Shown here: positions 43,801 through 57,249 of the stretch, in pieces
Position numbering within the stretch: the stretch's first letter is position 1
Layout of the letters: each line of letters opens with the position of its first letter
Assembly: GCA_964016885.1 (NCBI GenBank)
Contig: OZ024743.1
Location: forward strand, 62,248,001-62,312,000
DNA length: 64,000 nt
Origin: Eledone cirrhosa
Taxonomy: Eukaryota
Direction of reading: 5' to 3'
Notes under the pieces: generated by a model
Databases searched by the model: none
What the model saw: the letters and a program-made list of their open reading frames with translations, nothing else
Told to the model about the DNA's origin: nothing
Program-made: the position numbers and the translations under genes

Positions 43801-45190
43801 GATAGTGTGGTGGTGGTGGTGTGGTGGATAGTGTGGTGGTGGTGGTGTGGTGGATAGTGTGGTGGTGGTGGTGTGGTGGATAGTGTGGTGGTGGTGGTGT
43901 GGTGGATAGTGTGGTGGTGATGGTGTGGTGGATAGTGTGGTGGTGGTGGTGTGGTGGATAGTGTGGTGGTGGTGGTGTGGTGGATAGTGTGGCGGTGGTG
44001 GTATGGTGGATAGTGTGGTGGTGGTGGTGGTGTGGTGGATAGTGTGGTGGTGGTGGTGTGGTGGTGTGGTGGTGATGGTGTGGTGGATAGTGTGGCGGTG
44101 GTGGTGTGGTGGATAGTGTGGTGGTGGTGGTGGTGTGGTGGATAGTGTGGTGGTGGTGTGGTGGTGTGGTGGTGATGGTGTGGTGGATAGTGTGGTGGTG
44201 GTGGTGTGGTGGTGTGGTGGTGATGGTGTGGTGGATAGTGTGGTGGTGATGGTGTGGTGGATAGTGTGGCGGTGGTGGTGTGGTGGATAGTGTGGTGGTG
44301 GTGGTGGTGTGGTGGTGGTGTGGTGGATAGTGTGGTGGTGGTGTGGTGGTGGATAGTGTGGTGGTGGTGGTGTGGTGGTGGATAGTGTGGTGGTGGTGGT
44401 GTGGTGGTGTGGTGGTGATGGTGTGGTGGATAGTGTGGTGGTGATGGTGTGGTGGATAGTGTGGCGGTGGTGGTGTGGTGGATAGTGTGGTGGTGGTGTG
44501 GTGGTGGTGTGGTGGATAGTGTGGTGGTGGTGGTGTGGTGGATAGTGTGGTGGTGGTGGTGTGGTGGATAGTGTGGTGGTGGTGGTGTGGTGGTGGTGGT
44601 GTGGTGGATAGTGTGGTGGTGGTGGTGTGGTGGATAGTGTGGTGGTGGTGGTGTGGTGGATAGTGTGGCGGTGGTGGTGTGGTGGATAGTGTCGCGGTGG
44701 TGGTGTGGTGGATAGTGTGGTGTTGGTGGTGTGGTGGATAGTGTGGCGGTGGTGGTGTGGTGGATAGTGTGGCGGTGGTGGTGTAGTGGATAGTGTGGTG
44801 GTGGTGGTGGTGTGGTGGATAGTGTGGTGGTGGTGGTGTGGTGGATAGTGTGGCGGTGGTGGTGTGGTGGATAGTGTGGTGGTGGTGGTGGTGTGGTGGA
44901 TAGTGTGGTGGTGGTGGTGGTGTGGTGGATAGTGTGGTGGTGGTGGTGTGGTTGATAGTGTGGTGGTGGTGGTGGTCTGGTGGATAGTGTGGTGGTGGTG
45001 GTGTGGAGGATAGTGTGGCGGTGGTGGTGTTGTGGATAGTGTGGCGGTGGTGGTGTAGTGGATAGTGTGGTGGTGGTGGTGGTGGTGTGGTGGATAGTGT
45101 GGCGGTGATGGTGTGGTAGATAGTGTGGCGGTGGTGGTGTGGTGGATAGTGTGGTGGTGGTGGTGTGGTGGATAGTGAGGTGGTGGTGGT
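37853..45190 (+). repeat. 7.3 kb satellite, 26-bp unit GTGGTGGATAGTGTGGTGGTGGTGGT (roughly 280 units)
   Basis: GATA recurs every 26 bp (37867, 37893, ...); variants differ by GGT triplets and by GGC, GAT, GAG or GAAA substitutions. Confidence 0.97.
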
Positions 45191-45714
45191 TTTGGTGGGG
45201 ACAGCGATGGTTGTGATGGTGGTGGTGATGCTAGTGGGGTTGGGGGTGATAATAATATTGGTGGTGGTAGTGAGAGGGATTATGGTAGTGGTATTAAGTG
45301 TGGGGTGGTTATGGTGGCGGCGGCGGTGGTGGTAGTGATGCTAGTGGGGTGGAGGTGGTAGTGATGGTAATGATGGTAGTGAGGGGGGGGGGGGGGGGGG
45401 GGTTATGGTGATGGTAGTAACGTTTCTAATAATAATTTCTACTATAAGCACAAGGCCAGTAATTTGGCGGGAGGGGAAAGTCGATTAAATAGACTCAGTA
45501 AATTACTGGTACTTTATTTTATCGACACCGTAAGGATGAAAGGCAAAGTTAACTTCGGCGGGATTTGAACTCAGAACGTAAAGAGACATAACTCTATGCT
45601 GCGAAGCATGGTGTCTGACGCTCTACCGATTCTGCCAATCCACCACATTGAGTAACGTTTCTAATGATGATGGTATGTGGAGGTGGGTATAATGACGATA
45701 ATGATGTCGTTGGT

Positions 45715-46050
45715 TGAGAATATCAAACAACATCCGGGCAACTGCAACCACCATTGAAGACCAAATCCTACCACACAGGCTACTGTGGTTCGGCCACGTC
45801 TGCAGGATGACAACTGGAAGACTAACACACCAACTTTTGTCACGACAGCGACCTATGGCACTGAAGAATCCAGCGAAGAAGATATGAGCAAAACAAATCG
45901 AGGACCTAAAATCGCTGCGCCTCGACCTCGACCATGTTAAGATGAGCGCCATAGATGAAAGAGGGTAGAAGAACTTCATCATCGCAGTCCATCATCCAGC
46001 GTATTGGTTGAGAGTACAGCCTCCACCAATCGCCAGTTAGGGATCGAAGA
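45715..46050 (+). mobile_element. LINE 3' end fragment (inverted relative at about 7780-8110)
   Basis: TIEDQILPHRLLWFGHVCRMTTGRLT; homologous minus-strand copy near 7.8-8.1 kb. Confidence 0.65.
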
Positions 46051-46084
46051 AGTGGCGCTGAAACTTGATGTAGTCAGTCTATTA

Positions 46085-46807
46085 ATGGTGGTGATGTTGG
46101 TGATGATGTTGTTGTGGTGATGTTGGTGTTGTGGTGATGTTGTTGTGGTGATGTTGGTGATGTTGTTGTTGTGGTGATGTTGTTGTTGTGGTGATGTTGT
46201 TGTGGTGATGTTGTTGTTGTGGTGATGTTGGTGATGTTGTTGTGGTGATGTTGTTGTGGTGATGTTGGTGTTGTGGTGATGTTGTTGTTGTGGTGATGTT
46301 GTTGTTGTTGTTGTGGTGATGTTGTTGTTGTTGTTGTTGTGGTGATGTTGGTGTTGTGGTGATGTTGGTGATGTTGTTGTGGTGATGCTGGTGTTGTGAT
46401 GTTGTTGTTGTGGTGATGTTGGTGATGATGTTGTTGTGGTAATGTTGTTGTGATGTTGGTGTTGGTGATGTTGTTGTTGTGGTGATGTTGGTGATGTTGG
46501 TGTTGTGGTGATGTTGGTGTGATGTTGTTGTGGTGATGTTGTTGTGATGTTGGTGTTGGTGATGTTGTTGTTGTGGTGATGTTGTTGTTGTGATGATGTT
46601 GGTGATGTTGTGGTGATGTTGTTGTTGTGGTGATGTTAGTGTTGTTGTTGCTGGTGGTGATGTGGTTGTTTGTGGTGGTGGTGGTGATGTTGTTGGTGAT
46701 GATGTTGGTGGTGGTTGTGTGGATGTTCTTGTTGGTGGTGGTGGTGGTGGTGGTGGTGTTGTTGTTGCTGGTGGTGGTGGTGTTGGTGTTGGTGGTGGTG
46801 GTGGTGG

Positions 46808-46838
<31 letters not shown>

Positions 46839-46926
46839 GGTGGTGGTGTTGGTGGTAGTAATGTTGTTGGTGATGGTGTTGTAGTTGTTGTTGGTGGTGG
46901 TGGTGGTGGTGGTGGTGATGTTGTTG

Positions 46927-46958
<32 letters not shown>

Positions 46959-47050
46959 GTTGGGGGGGTTGTTGTTGTTGTTGGTGGTGGTGGTGGGGAT
47001 GTTGTTGCTGGTGGTGGTGGTGGTGGTGGTGTTGGTGGTGTTGGGGGGGG

Positions 47051-47082
<32 letters not shown>

Positions 47083-47135
47083 GGTGGGGATGTTGTTGTT
47101 GGTGGTGGTGGTGGTGGTGGTGGTGTTGGTGGTGT
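46085..47135 (+). repeat. compound (GTT/GGT/GAT)n low-complexity tract
   Basis: Direct reading. Confidence 0.9.
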
Positions 47136-47951
47136 TGTATTGACGAGGAATTTCCAGTCTATCATGTGGTAGTTGAACATATGGCTGAAATGATGACAAT
47201 GGAAGGAATTGGTGGCAGCAGTGGTGTTTATAATGGCGGGGTGTTGTATCAAAAGAACATTCTAAACATAACCACCTCACACACACACACACACACACAG
47301 AAAGCCATTAATAACATCTAACACGCCAGAGACACCACCACCCCAACAAGCACACATGCATTCCACAAACACACACATTCCCCCACACACCTACACATAC
47401 ACACGCATAACACCACCCACACATCGACACCCTCACCACCAATACCCCACACAACACACACAAACAACCCTTGCACCCCACATAAACCCCACACACATAC
47501 ACATTCACACCCACTACAACCCCCACACACATATATATAACCCCCTCACACACACATAAACCCCCACCGACACACCAACATCCCTCACCGATTCCTTACT
47601 CCCCCAACGCACACATACGCACGCAACTTTCCACTGGTTCGATGAAATCAATTAGGTTTTATTGGTTTCTTTCAATTGAATCACATGTGTGTGTGAGTGG
47701 GTGTACGTGTATGTGGGTGTCTTTGTGTGTGTGCGTGTGGAGGGTGCCTGTGTGTTTGTGTATATGCTTGTGTGTGTGCGTATGTGAGTGCTGATGACTT
47801 AAATGATGTACTACTTTCAATAAGGGGTTGGTGGTCATCTCTGCAGCGAATTAACAGTCATTTGAGCGTCGGATTTGATCCGGCTCACTACACTCACTCT
47901 GTGTTCAAATCCCGCCAAGGGTCAACTTTGCCTTTCATTCTTTCGTGGTCA

Positions 47952-48105
47952 ATAAATAAAGGTTAACGGATTGGCAAAACTGTTAGGGAATCAGACGAGA
48001 TGATAAATAAAGGTTAGCGGATTGGCAAAACTGTTAAGGAGTCAGACGAGATGCTATATAAAGGTTAGCGGGGTAAAACTGTTAGGGAATCAGACGAGAT
48101 GCTAT
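47952..48105 (+). repeat. three tandem copies of an about 50 bp SINE-head-like unit
   Basis: ATAAAGGTTA.CGGATTGGCAAAACTGTTAGGGAATCAGACGAGATG repeated three times. Confidence 0.75.
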
Positions 48106-48604
48106 GCAGTATCTGTGTGTTCTTATTTCAAATTCCGCTAGAGGTTGCGACCGGCAAATAGTATCAACAATAAAAAGACCAACGGAAACAGTTTCCTTGA
48201 AAATAATGGTTTACTTCAAATACATTCAGAGAATTTGAAACTTGAAATGTGTGCGACCCAACGCAAATGATCACAATCATAATGATTTTCACAGTAATTT
48301 GCGTTGGAATGCTTACATTTCATATTTCATAGTTTCCTTGGTTCAATCTGACGATCAGCTCTGCATAATGTATATACATACAAATTGAGTCTCGCTGTTT
48401 GAATATGGCGAGTGGAGAAAACCTCCAAATGAATCTAAACTATCCTTGCAATTTCACGACGAAAACTCCCTTTAGGGACATTCAGTCAAGAAAATCAAAG
48501 GAGCTCGTGTGATAGGAGTTCCCCCACCCCACTCATAGTCGTTGTATTCAGACAGCGAGATTCTATATACATGAAGGTGAATGGCTTAGTGGTTATGGTA
48601 TTCG

Positions 48605-48637
<33 letters not shown>

Positions 48638-48666
48638 TGTATGTATGTATGTATGTATGTATGTAT

Positions 48667-49275
48667 GTCAGGTCACCAATTGGTGCTACTGGTAACATGT
48701 ATCCCAGAACAACCTGTCTCGTGGTCGGGTCGTTGGCGACTAAACTGGCAACCCCACCAAGGTTTCTCGGTGAGGAGGGTGACTTTGGACATCCTGCAGG
48801 ACTAAAAACAAAACCTGTCAAAGGGCAAAGGAGCTCTTAAGAGTCAATGGCCATCCAAAATCACCGGAAGAGATGACCCCTTAGCCTTTGTCAAGGCAGA
48901 ATTCTAGGAGAAGGAAAACTCTGATATAACACCTGCAACTCTGATGGTATCCAATGATGTTGACTTGTTCTTCTTTTTGGTAAATATCATCTTGGTTAAG
49001 AGAGTGGGACTGGCTTTGTGCAGTGCCTCTGCTCACTATAAAAGCTTCACGGCACAGGCATTGCTTTATATCTGGAGATCTCTCTACACTTGTCATCACA
49101 TGGTACCATGGGCCCAGCACTATGTGTCAATAATTGTCACAAGTGTAGTGTTTGTACCAGAGTTTTCAAGTCGCTGGCTGGACTAAAAAGTCACACTCGT
49201 TCAGCGCATCGGTAGGGGTTCTCCTACATGGATATAAAGTAGTGGCCGTACTCGAAAACGAGTTGGCAGCCACCA
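48667..49275 (+). mobile_element. about 600 bp non-autonomous retroelement with RTE-like 5' leader, embedded in (TATG)n
   Basis: Near-identical copies at 18462-19057 and (5'-truncated) 12826-13190; diverged copy at 54952-55455; 3' end GCAGCCACC followed by (ATGT)n. Confidence 0.8.
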
Positions 49276-49710
49276 TGTATGTATGTATGTATGTATGTAT
49301 GTATGTATGTATGTATGTATGTATGTATGTATGTATGTATGTCCGTGTAAGGCTGTTCCGTTGTTGTAATAACCGGAACACTCGTCGTCGTAACCGATGG
49401 AGGCCCAACACACACATACACAGTATCTGCCATTCTATTAAAGGAAATACGAAGCGACCCTTTAATCATATCAAGCAACATTTTAGATTGAAAGAGTCGC
49501 TCTGGTAGTTCGACTCTGTAATAAAACTATTGCTGTTAATGGTACTTGAAACACATGAAATACTTTGAGGATGAGAAGAAAAAAATCCATTATGTGTTAC
49601 TTATGATATATAAAAGCTTCGGCTTATATATCATGTAACATAAAATATGACTGTAAATTAGTCATTTATAAAGTGATGTTTAATAACGTCAATTTGTGTC
49701 AGGAGTAACT

Positions 49711-50142
49711 AATAAATGAGGTTGTGTTAGAGACCCCGAATAAATGAGGTGGTGTTAGAGACCCCGAATAAATGAGGTTGTGTTAGAGACCCCGAATAAA
49801 TGAGGTTGTGTTAGAGACCCCGAATAAATGAGGTGGTGTTAGAGACCCCGAATAAATGAGGTGGTATAAGAGACCTCTAATAAATGAGGTGGTGTTAGAG
49901 ACTCTGGATAAATGTGGTGGCATAAGAGACCCCGAATAAATGAGGAGATATAAGAGACCCCTAACAAATGAGGTGGTGTTGGAAGTCCCTAATAAATGAA
50001 ATGGTGTTAGCTATCCCTAATAAATGAGGTAGTATTAGTGACCCCTAATAAGGTGGTATTAAGGATCCCTAATAAATGAGATGGTATTAGATACCCCTAA
50101 TAGATGAGGTAGTATTAGAAGCCCTTAATAAATGAGGTAGTG
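49711..50142 (+). repeat. 28-bp minisatellite AATAAATGAGGTGGTGTTAGAGACCCCG, about 15 copies, decaying to the right
   Basis: Period 28 (49711, 49739, ...), no spacers. Confidence 0.92.
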
Positions 50143-51784
50143 TGAGGGGTTCTTTGTTTGCAAATAAGGAAATACGGAAGATTAGGGATGCTTTAAAGAG
50201 TGTATTAATAGCTCTAATATTTGACTGATAAGCTTGAAGTTTGAACATTGAAAATTAATTACCATCTTTATTCGTCATCGTCGCCGTTGTCGTCATCGTT
50301 GTCGCCGCCGCCGCCACTGCCTGATACTATTAAGTCCTGATCAACTAGAATGGGGTTGGATCGACTTCTGTTGAGTTCAACGATGAGTGTTCCAGTTGTT
50401 GGATCAACGGAATAGCTCGCTCATGAAATTAAAATGCGAATGACTGAACATTCCACAAGCACGTGTATGCTTAATCTAATTCTCAGGGAGATTCAGTGTG
50501 ATACAAATTACAAACAAAGTCCACCCAGAGGGCTTTCAAATCGTTTCCGTTACCCCAATTTCCTTCACAAGACTTGGGTCGGCCAGAGCTATAAAGTACA
50601 TAACACTTGTACGATATGCCACGCTGTGGGATCGAACTCATCACCTTATAATTGCGTACGTCTTAACCATTCAGCTGCATCCATAGACCTGGTCGAACAA
50701 ATTAATGGAACATTGTTGATAATATTCGGTTTATAGATTCAGTGCTTCTAATATATATATACGTTTTTGTATAATTGAGCCATAGCAATCACTGCGGAAT
50801 ACAGGGGTTTATTGTATGAGTAGCAGTGTCTAAGTGCAAAAAGAGGCTGCCAAGGAACTTTTTTTTATTTAGGGTGTTTTGGAAAGCATTAAAGTAGAGT
50901 GATTGACGTATTTACTCTGGTGGAATAGTATGTATCTTCACAGAACACACACTCAAATGCACTCAGTTGGCTTTGCTTTTCTCTGGAGAATACACAGGAC
51001 TTTCAGTTACTCCATTTAAGAACAAATACGTGCTGATGACATCTTTGCCAAGTCTGGTGGATTGGCAGTATCGATAGAGCGTCGGCCAACATGCTTTCCG
51101 GCATATAATTACGATCTATTATGTTCTGAGTTCAAATCCCACCGAGTTTAGCTTTCATCCTTACAGGGTCGATAAAATAAAGTACCAGTTACGCACCGGG
51201 GTCGATTTAATCGACCTTCCTCTCCTCCAAAATTGCTGGCCTTGCGCCTAAAGTAGAAATGGTTATTACTGCATCTAGGGCGGTGGATTGACAGTATAGG
51301 CAGAGCGTCGGACATAGAGTTACGGCCCTTTATGATCTGAGTTCAAATCTCGCCGAGGTTAGCTTTGCCTTACGGGGTCGATAAAATAAAGTACCAGTAA
51401 TGCACTGGGTCGATTTAATCGACTTTCCCCTCCCCGAAAATTGTTGGCCTTGTGCCTGGATTAGAAACAATTATTATTACATCTTTTAACTGTTAATAAG
51501 CAATGTATAATATTTACAATTAAGCTTTGGCAGGTTCGAAATCGTGTGGTCCGGACGGGTGAGATGTATGTCTTTTAACGTTTGCATGTTGAATTTTTTG
51601 AATTTCTTATTCGCCTTTGTATGCTCTGTTGGAGTATGGCCGCGTCACGACTGTATTGTATTGAGTTCGCTCTAATTTCAGTTTTCACTTCTGTTATTAC
51701 TGAGCATGTCTATAAACGGCAAGGTCGTGAAAATATTTGATGCCTACAAGCATTATAGTATTGTATCTATCTCTCTATCTCTCT

Positions 51785-51846
<62 letters not shown>

Positions 51847-52362
51847 ACGATAAATCTCTGGGTAACAACATCAGGTGTCACTAGAAAGAAAGGGGATAAA
51901 AGCGGAGGGCAAAAATAAGGAAAAGCATATATATATATATATATACACATGTTTATATCTCTATATATACACATACGTGTATATATGTATGTGTGTGTCT
52001 GTGTGTCTGTCTCTGTGTGTGTGTGTGGCTACTGTACAAAATTGGTTAATTTGTACTTTGGGAATATCACCTTCAATTATAAAGTTCTTATTATTGCTCT
52101 TCATGTCTATGTCAGTTCTAATTGGAAAGATCAAAGGCATTCCAGCCATAATCATCTCATACGTATTAGCCACAGTTTATCCAGGACTACATTATCTAAT
52201 GTTTCCATTTATAAGGCAGTATGATTTGAGGACGTTTAGCTGCTATTTCTAGCAGGTCGAACGAACATGTAACGTCGACTTCATCGGGATAAAAATATGT
52301 TACATGTGTGTGCATTCTTGTGCATGTGTATATATACATGTATGTGTGTGAATGTGCACTAT

Positions 52363-52418
<56 letters not shown>

Positions 52419-52500
52419 AAAAAATATGAAATTCCTTATACTTTCACTTGTGTAGGACATCTCGTTTTTTTTCATTTTGTAAAAAGAACCTCATTTTCTA

Positions 52501-52531
<31 letters not shown>

Positions 52532-52532
52532 A

Positions 52533-52559
<27 letters not shown>

Positions 52560-52563
<4 letters not shown>

Positions 52564-52747
52564 AACAGTCAGGACCCAACGATTGAGCTCTTGCCGTCTC
52601 AAAAGGTAGTTCCGGAACTAGCTTTTGAGACGGCAAGAGCGTAAGCCGTCGGGTCCTGACTCTTTATATAGCTGTACTCTATTACCCCAAGAATCGAGTT
52701 CTCTGTTGAATATTGGTCTAACTAGTTTTAAACTGATTCCATACTGA
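52560..52747 (+). mobile_element. fold-back cassette, GGACCCCGACGGC family
   Basis: Imperfect palindrome 52560-52668 plus tail, TA-flanked; relatives at 14068-14142, 33535-33580, 54383-54574 and 60044-60248. Confidence 0.7.
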
Positions 52748-52759
52748 TATATAAATATA

Positions 52760-52975
52760 TAGAAGTGGTAACACAACAGTTCACCATACCGAGAATAATT
52801 GTTTCACCTTAGCGGATCTTCAGCTCGTACACCTGAACGAGCTGAAGATCCGCTAAGGTAAAACAATTGTTCTCGGTATGGTGAACTAACTGTTGTGTAA
52901 CCACTTCTACCTAACTCGTCCTATGGACTGAGTGCTTTACCACTACGGATATTACCTTCCAGTGTTCTACCTCTC

Positions 52976-52979
<4 letters not shown>
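52760..52979 (+). mobile_element. fold-back cassette with double hammerhead
   Basis: Palindrome 52760-52909, tail 52910-52979, then (TA)n. Confidence 0.8.
52790..52875. ncRNA. back-to-back pair of minimal hammerheads (52790-52827 minus, 52838-52875 plus)
   Basis: CGAG-CUGAAGA-UCCGCUAAGGU-(G/A)AAA-CAAUU(G/A)UU-CUCG; stem I CGAG/CUCG, stem III palindrome AACAAUUGUU. Confidence 0.8.
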
Positions 52980-53012
<33 letters not shown>

Positions 53013-53014
<2 letters not shown>

Positions 53015-53690
53015 TGCCAATAAAAATAACCACACCAGTTGTATTTCCTTTCGGTTTTATTATTAGGCAGTTAACTATTCGATTCCTTAGTTTCAAAACT
53101 CTTTCGTCACACATCCTGTGACCTTCTGAGTGATTATTTTTGCCCTCGTTTTAATTTGTGTGTGTGTGTGTGTGTGTGCGTCTTTGTATATTGCTACTCC
53201 CGCAGGTTTCTGTGTCTTGTATGTTTGTATCTTTATATTGGTTCGTCCTCAAATTTCTGCATATATGGTGTGTTTGTGAATGCCCCACCAGCCTTCGTAT
53301 GTCTACTTATCTATGCAAATATGTAAATTCTCTTTCACACTTCTACGCTTGTCGCTATGTCTGACTGTGTATCCATTCCTATGTATCGTAATATTTTTGT
53401 CACTTGTCACTAGGTAGAGGTGTTCTTCCTTATCTATTCCTGCTTTCTACTGGGGGCTCATTTATATTTGTTTGTGCATTCCTGTGTATGTATTCCTATG
53501 TCACTAAGTTGTGGGATTGTTGCTATTCCACTCCTGCTTTCTATTGAGGGTGGATTTAGTTTCTGTTATATATGCGGCTTCCTTTATGTGTCTGAGGATT
53601 ACAGACGATGCAATTTCTGTCAATACGATGGGTTTTCTTAAATAGGTAAGTTCTGCTGATTAAGGATTTGGTGGAGATACCTGATTTTCC
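53013..53690 (-). mobile_element. PLE 3' remnant (GIY-YIG C-terminus plus decayed hammerhead)
   Basis: Minus strand about 53520-53640 reads KPIVLTEIASSVILRHIKEAAYITETKSTLNRKQEW (R.IKEA.YI...P.LNR-like); GUCACA/UGUGAC-GAAA hairpin at about 53093-53133 resembles the 13.5 kb motif. Confidence 0.6.
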
Positions 53691-54382
53691 TCTACCTTAA
53701 TTTTACCCTTTTATTTTATATAAATCCCTTCTAAATCTAGAGGCTAGTTTGCATCGATGGACATCACATTCTGTTTTTTTTTGTTGTCATACCACGAGTT
53801 GATTTTATCTACTTTTTTCCTTACCTTCTCTATTCCGTTCCATGATTCGCTCCAATTCCGCGTTAAGGTGGCGGTAGTGATGGTGGTGATGCAAAACGGC
53901 AAGATCAAATTGGTATATATATTCACGGTTGGTCGATGCTGACACTCCCAAAAAATAAGCGACTGACTGACAAACAGACAGAAATCTAATTACATGAACT
54001 GTGTTAAACAGCGTGTGACTTACTAGCTAAAGAAAAAAGACAACAACATTTATGTATAACATTTTTGAGGGCAGCACAGTGCAGAGGGGTGGGATGGGGA
54101 TGGTAAACTGAAAATAGGGTCAGTCATTCATCTTTAAGCCTATAGAGCCATCCATCATTACTCTTAATAAACTATATGTAGGTAGATTAAAGAAAAATAC
54201 AGTAAAAAATCATAAGCCGCATAACAAACCCCATTTTACTGATTCTCAGTCATGGTTGGGGACAAGATATATATATATATAATTAGGGGTTACCTTGAAG
54301 GAGATATGATACCTGGTAATAGAATCTTTTTCTAAAAAATGTGTGTATATGTATATATACACACACACATTATATATATATA

Positions 54383-54569
54383 TAACGAAGGAGGTGTGGG
54401 ACCATAACGCACCAGAGTACTCAATACTTAGGGTAGTAGAGTGGGTAATAGGAAAATGTTTAAGCCCGACGGCAGAACTCAAGTCGTTTCGACGGCTCTT
54501 TCTGGAGGACTAAATTAGAATGTTTAGAAATTCTAATTTAGTCCAGAAATAGTCGGGGTTAAACATTTT

Positions 54570-54574
<5 letters not shown>
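54383..54574 (-). mobile_element. fold-back cassette, GGACCCCGACGGC family
   Basis: Tail homologous to 60171-60248 in reverse; arms 54447-54469 and 54552-54574; (TA)n flanks. Confidence 0.7.
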
Positions 54575-54649
<75 letters not shown>

Positions 54650-55877
54650 CACACACAACACACACACAATACATGTATGTATGTATAGAGCGAATTCACA
54701 GAATCGTTAGAACGACGGCGGATAGAATGTTTTGTGGTGTTCTTTCCGGCTCTCTACACTCCTAGCTCAAATCCTGCCGCGGTCAGCTTTGATTCTTAGC
54801 CTTTCGAGGTCGATAAATGAAATATCAGTTGAGTACTGAGGTCTATTATTTCTCTGTATCTCCTTTCACTTCCCTTCTCTCTTGTTTTATATTTCTATCC
54901 CTGTGAGAAACCAGTTGTATTCAAACGTAACATACATGCATACATGCATATGTCAGGTCGCTCTTCAGCGCTATTGGTAACATGTAACCCAAACAATATG
55001 TGCATGGTTGGGTCATAGACGACCAAACAGGCAACCACAATAAGCTGGAAGGTGATTTTGGACACCCTGCTGGATGAAAAACAAAACCCGTAAAATAAAG
55101 GGTTTTTTTGTGTTTTTTTGAGCGAGAGGCACCTAGTCTTCATTAAGACATCGCTCAAGGAAAAGGTTTCTCTGATATAAAACCTGCGACTTCGTTTGCA
55201 TCTAATGATGTTGACCAGTTCTACATTTTGGGTAAATGAATTTGATGTTCAGAGAGTGGGGATGGCCCCATGCAAAGCCCTTCCTCACATAAAAAAGCTT
55301 CGAGAAAGGCATCGCTTGATATGTGACATTTTTTGCGATGCATGGCATTGCTGGCCATAGGCAAGTCCCTAGCAGGAATAAAAAGCCACGTCCGTGATGC
55401 TCAAGCTTAAGTATCAAGCTATGGAATTACTTGAAATCAAGTCGTAGCCATCATATATATATATTCACTTCTTACCTTATGGTTGCTAGGGATGGCAGTG
55501 ATGACAGTAATGCGGTATCTATTCGTGGTGGTGGCGGCAACGGTGGTAGTTGATGGTTGGTGGAGCTGATATTGTTGGTACAGGAGGTTGAGCTGATAAT
55601 GAAGTTGATGAGAGGGATGGTCGAGATGATGATGTTGTTGATAACGGTGGTGATGCTTGTGATAGTGGTGCTGGTGGCTGGGGCTGGTGGTGATGTGATG
55701 GGAGGCAGGCCAGGATGAAATATCTTAACACAGAACAATATATTGATTCTGTTACTTATTTAAAATATGACTAATGCCTCTATACACATAACCTCTCCCA
55801 TTTATGATACATACATACGCATAGAATCATACACATACATATATACGTGTACATACATACACGCACACACACACACA

Positions 55878-55908
<31 letters not shown>

Positions 55909-55912
<4 letters not shown>

Positions 55913-56101
55913 TTAATATAGATGAGATTCTACAGGACGAGAACTGTTTCATTCTTTAGAAATCATCAGGAATCTGATGATTTCTAAAGAATGAAACTGT
56001 TCTAGTCCTGTAGAATCTCATCTATATTAAAACTTTTATACTCTGCTATTTATTGAGTACCTTACATACTGTGGTTACCTCCGATTCAACCCGGAATAAC
56101 T

Positions 56102-56107
<6 letters not shown>
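55909..56107 (+). mobile_element. fold-back cassette with hammerhead
   Basis: Near-perfect 126-bp palindrome 55909-56034 with 4-nt loop, tail to 56107, (TA)n on both sides. Confidence 0.8.
55926..55974 (-). ncRNA. type I hammerhead ribozyme
   Basis: GAUUC-CUGAUGA-UUUCUAAAGAAU-GAA-ACAG uucucguc CUGU-A-GAAUC; cleavage triplet GUA. Confidence 0.8.
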
Positions 56108-56180
<73 letters not shown>

Positions 56181-56768
56181 CATATACGTACACACACGCA
56201 TACCTGCACTCATATATATACAGTGCATACGGTTAGTTAATTATTGGTTTGAATTCTGCGTAGAATTAAAATCATAAACACGCACACTCACATTCACACA
56301 TATACACACACAAACACGCACACTACACATATACACACACACGCATGACACTTAAGCACACATACTCAGGCATACTCTCTCTCTCCCTCTTCCTCACCCC
56401 CTCTCTCCTTCATCATGTCTCTGTCCCTCTTCCTCCCCTCTCTCCCTCACCCCCTCTCTCTCTCTATATATATATCTATGACAGTGTTATTAAACCTGTT
56501 ATTAAACCTATATGTATTTTCCATACGTTTTTTTAGTAATGTAGTAGTTGTACTGTTCCCTATGCATATTTCCCAGTAACTGTATAATTAACAGCTATTA
56601 ACACACTGGAGATTGTGCAGCTATACAGTACTAAGTGTACAAAATTGCAATGAACCACAACTAGGGGATGACAGATGAGGCATATCGATGCATTTGTTCG
56701 TTGGTTCTTTGTCTGTCTTTGGTGTTAGTTACATTTTTTTTTATATAAATACTTGGTGTGTGGTTATA

Positions 56769-56860
<92 letters not shown>

Positions 56861-56898
56861 AGTAATAACAAAAATAAAATAAACGGCATTATATATAT

Positions 56899-56986
<88 letters not shown>

Positions 56987-57146
56987 AATAAGATAGGATA
57001 ATTTAACAGTGTTAGGAAGTAATAAAAGATGTTAGTCAAGCTAAAAGCCAGTTGTAGTTGACGATGTCAACAACTTGACTTTTTACTCCTCAAAGTCATA
57101 TTACTTAAACATCTGCACCGCGGATAAACACACACACACATATATC

Positions 57147-57249
<103 letters not shown>

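Noticed and set aside
37853-45190. G-rich array as telomeric or interstitial telomeric repeat
   Set aside because: Unit is 26 bp and built from GGT; no TTAGGG-type hexamer
46074-47252. 392 aa Thr/Asn/His/Gln-rich ORF and similar YI, VC and ER repeat ORFs
   Set aside because: Translations of trinucleotide or dinucleotide repeats; no domain content or splice context
49711-50142. 28-bp repeat array as CRISPR
   Set aside because: Units are directly tandem with no unique spacers, there are no cas genes, and the context is a eukaryotic intron
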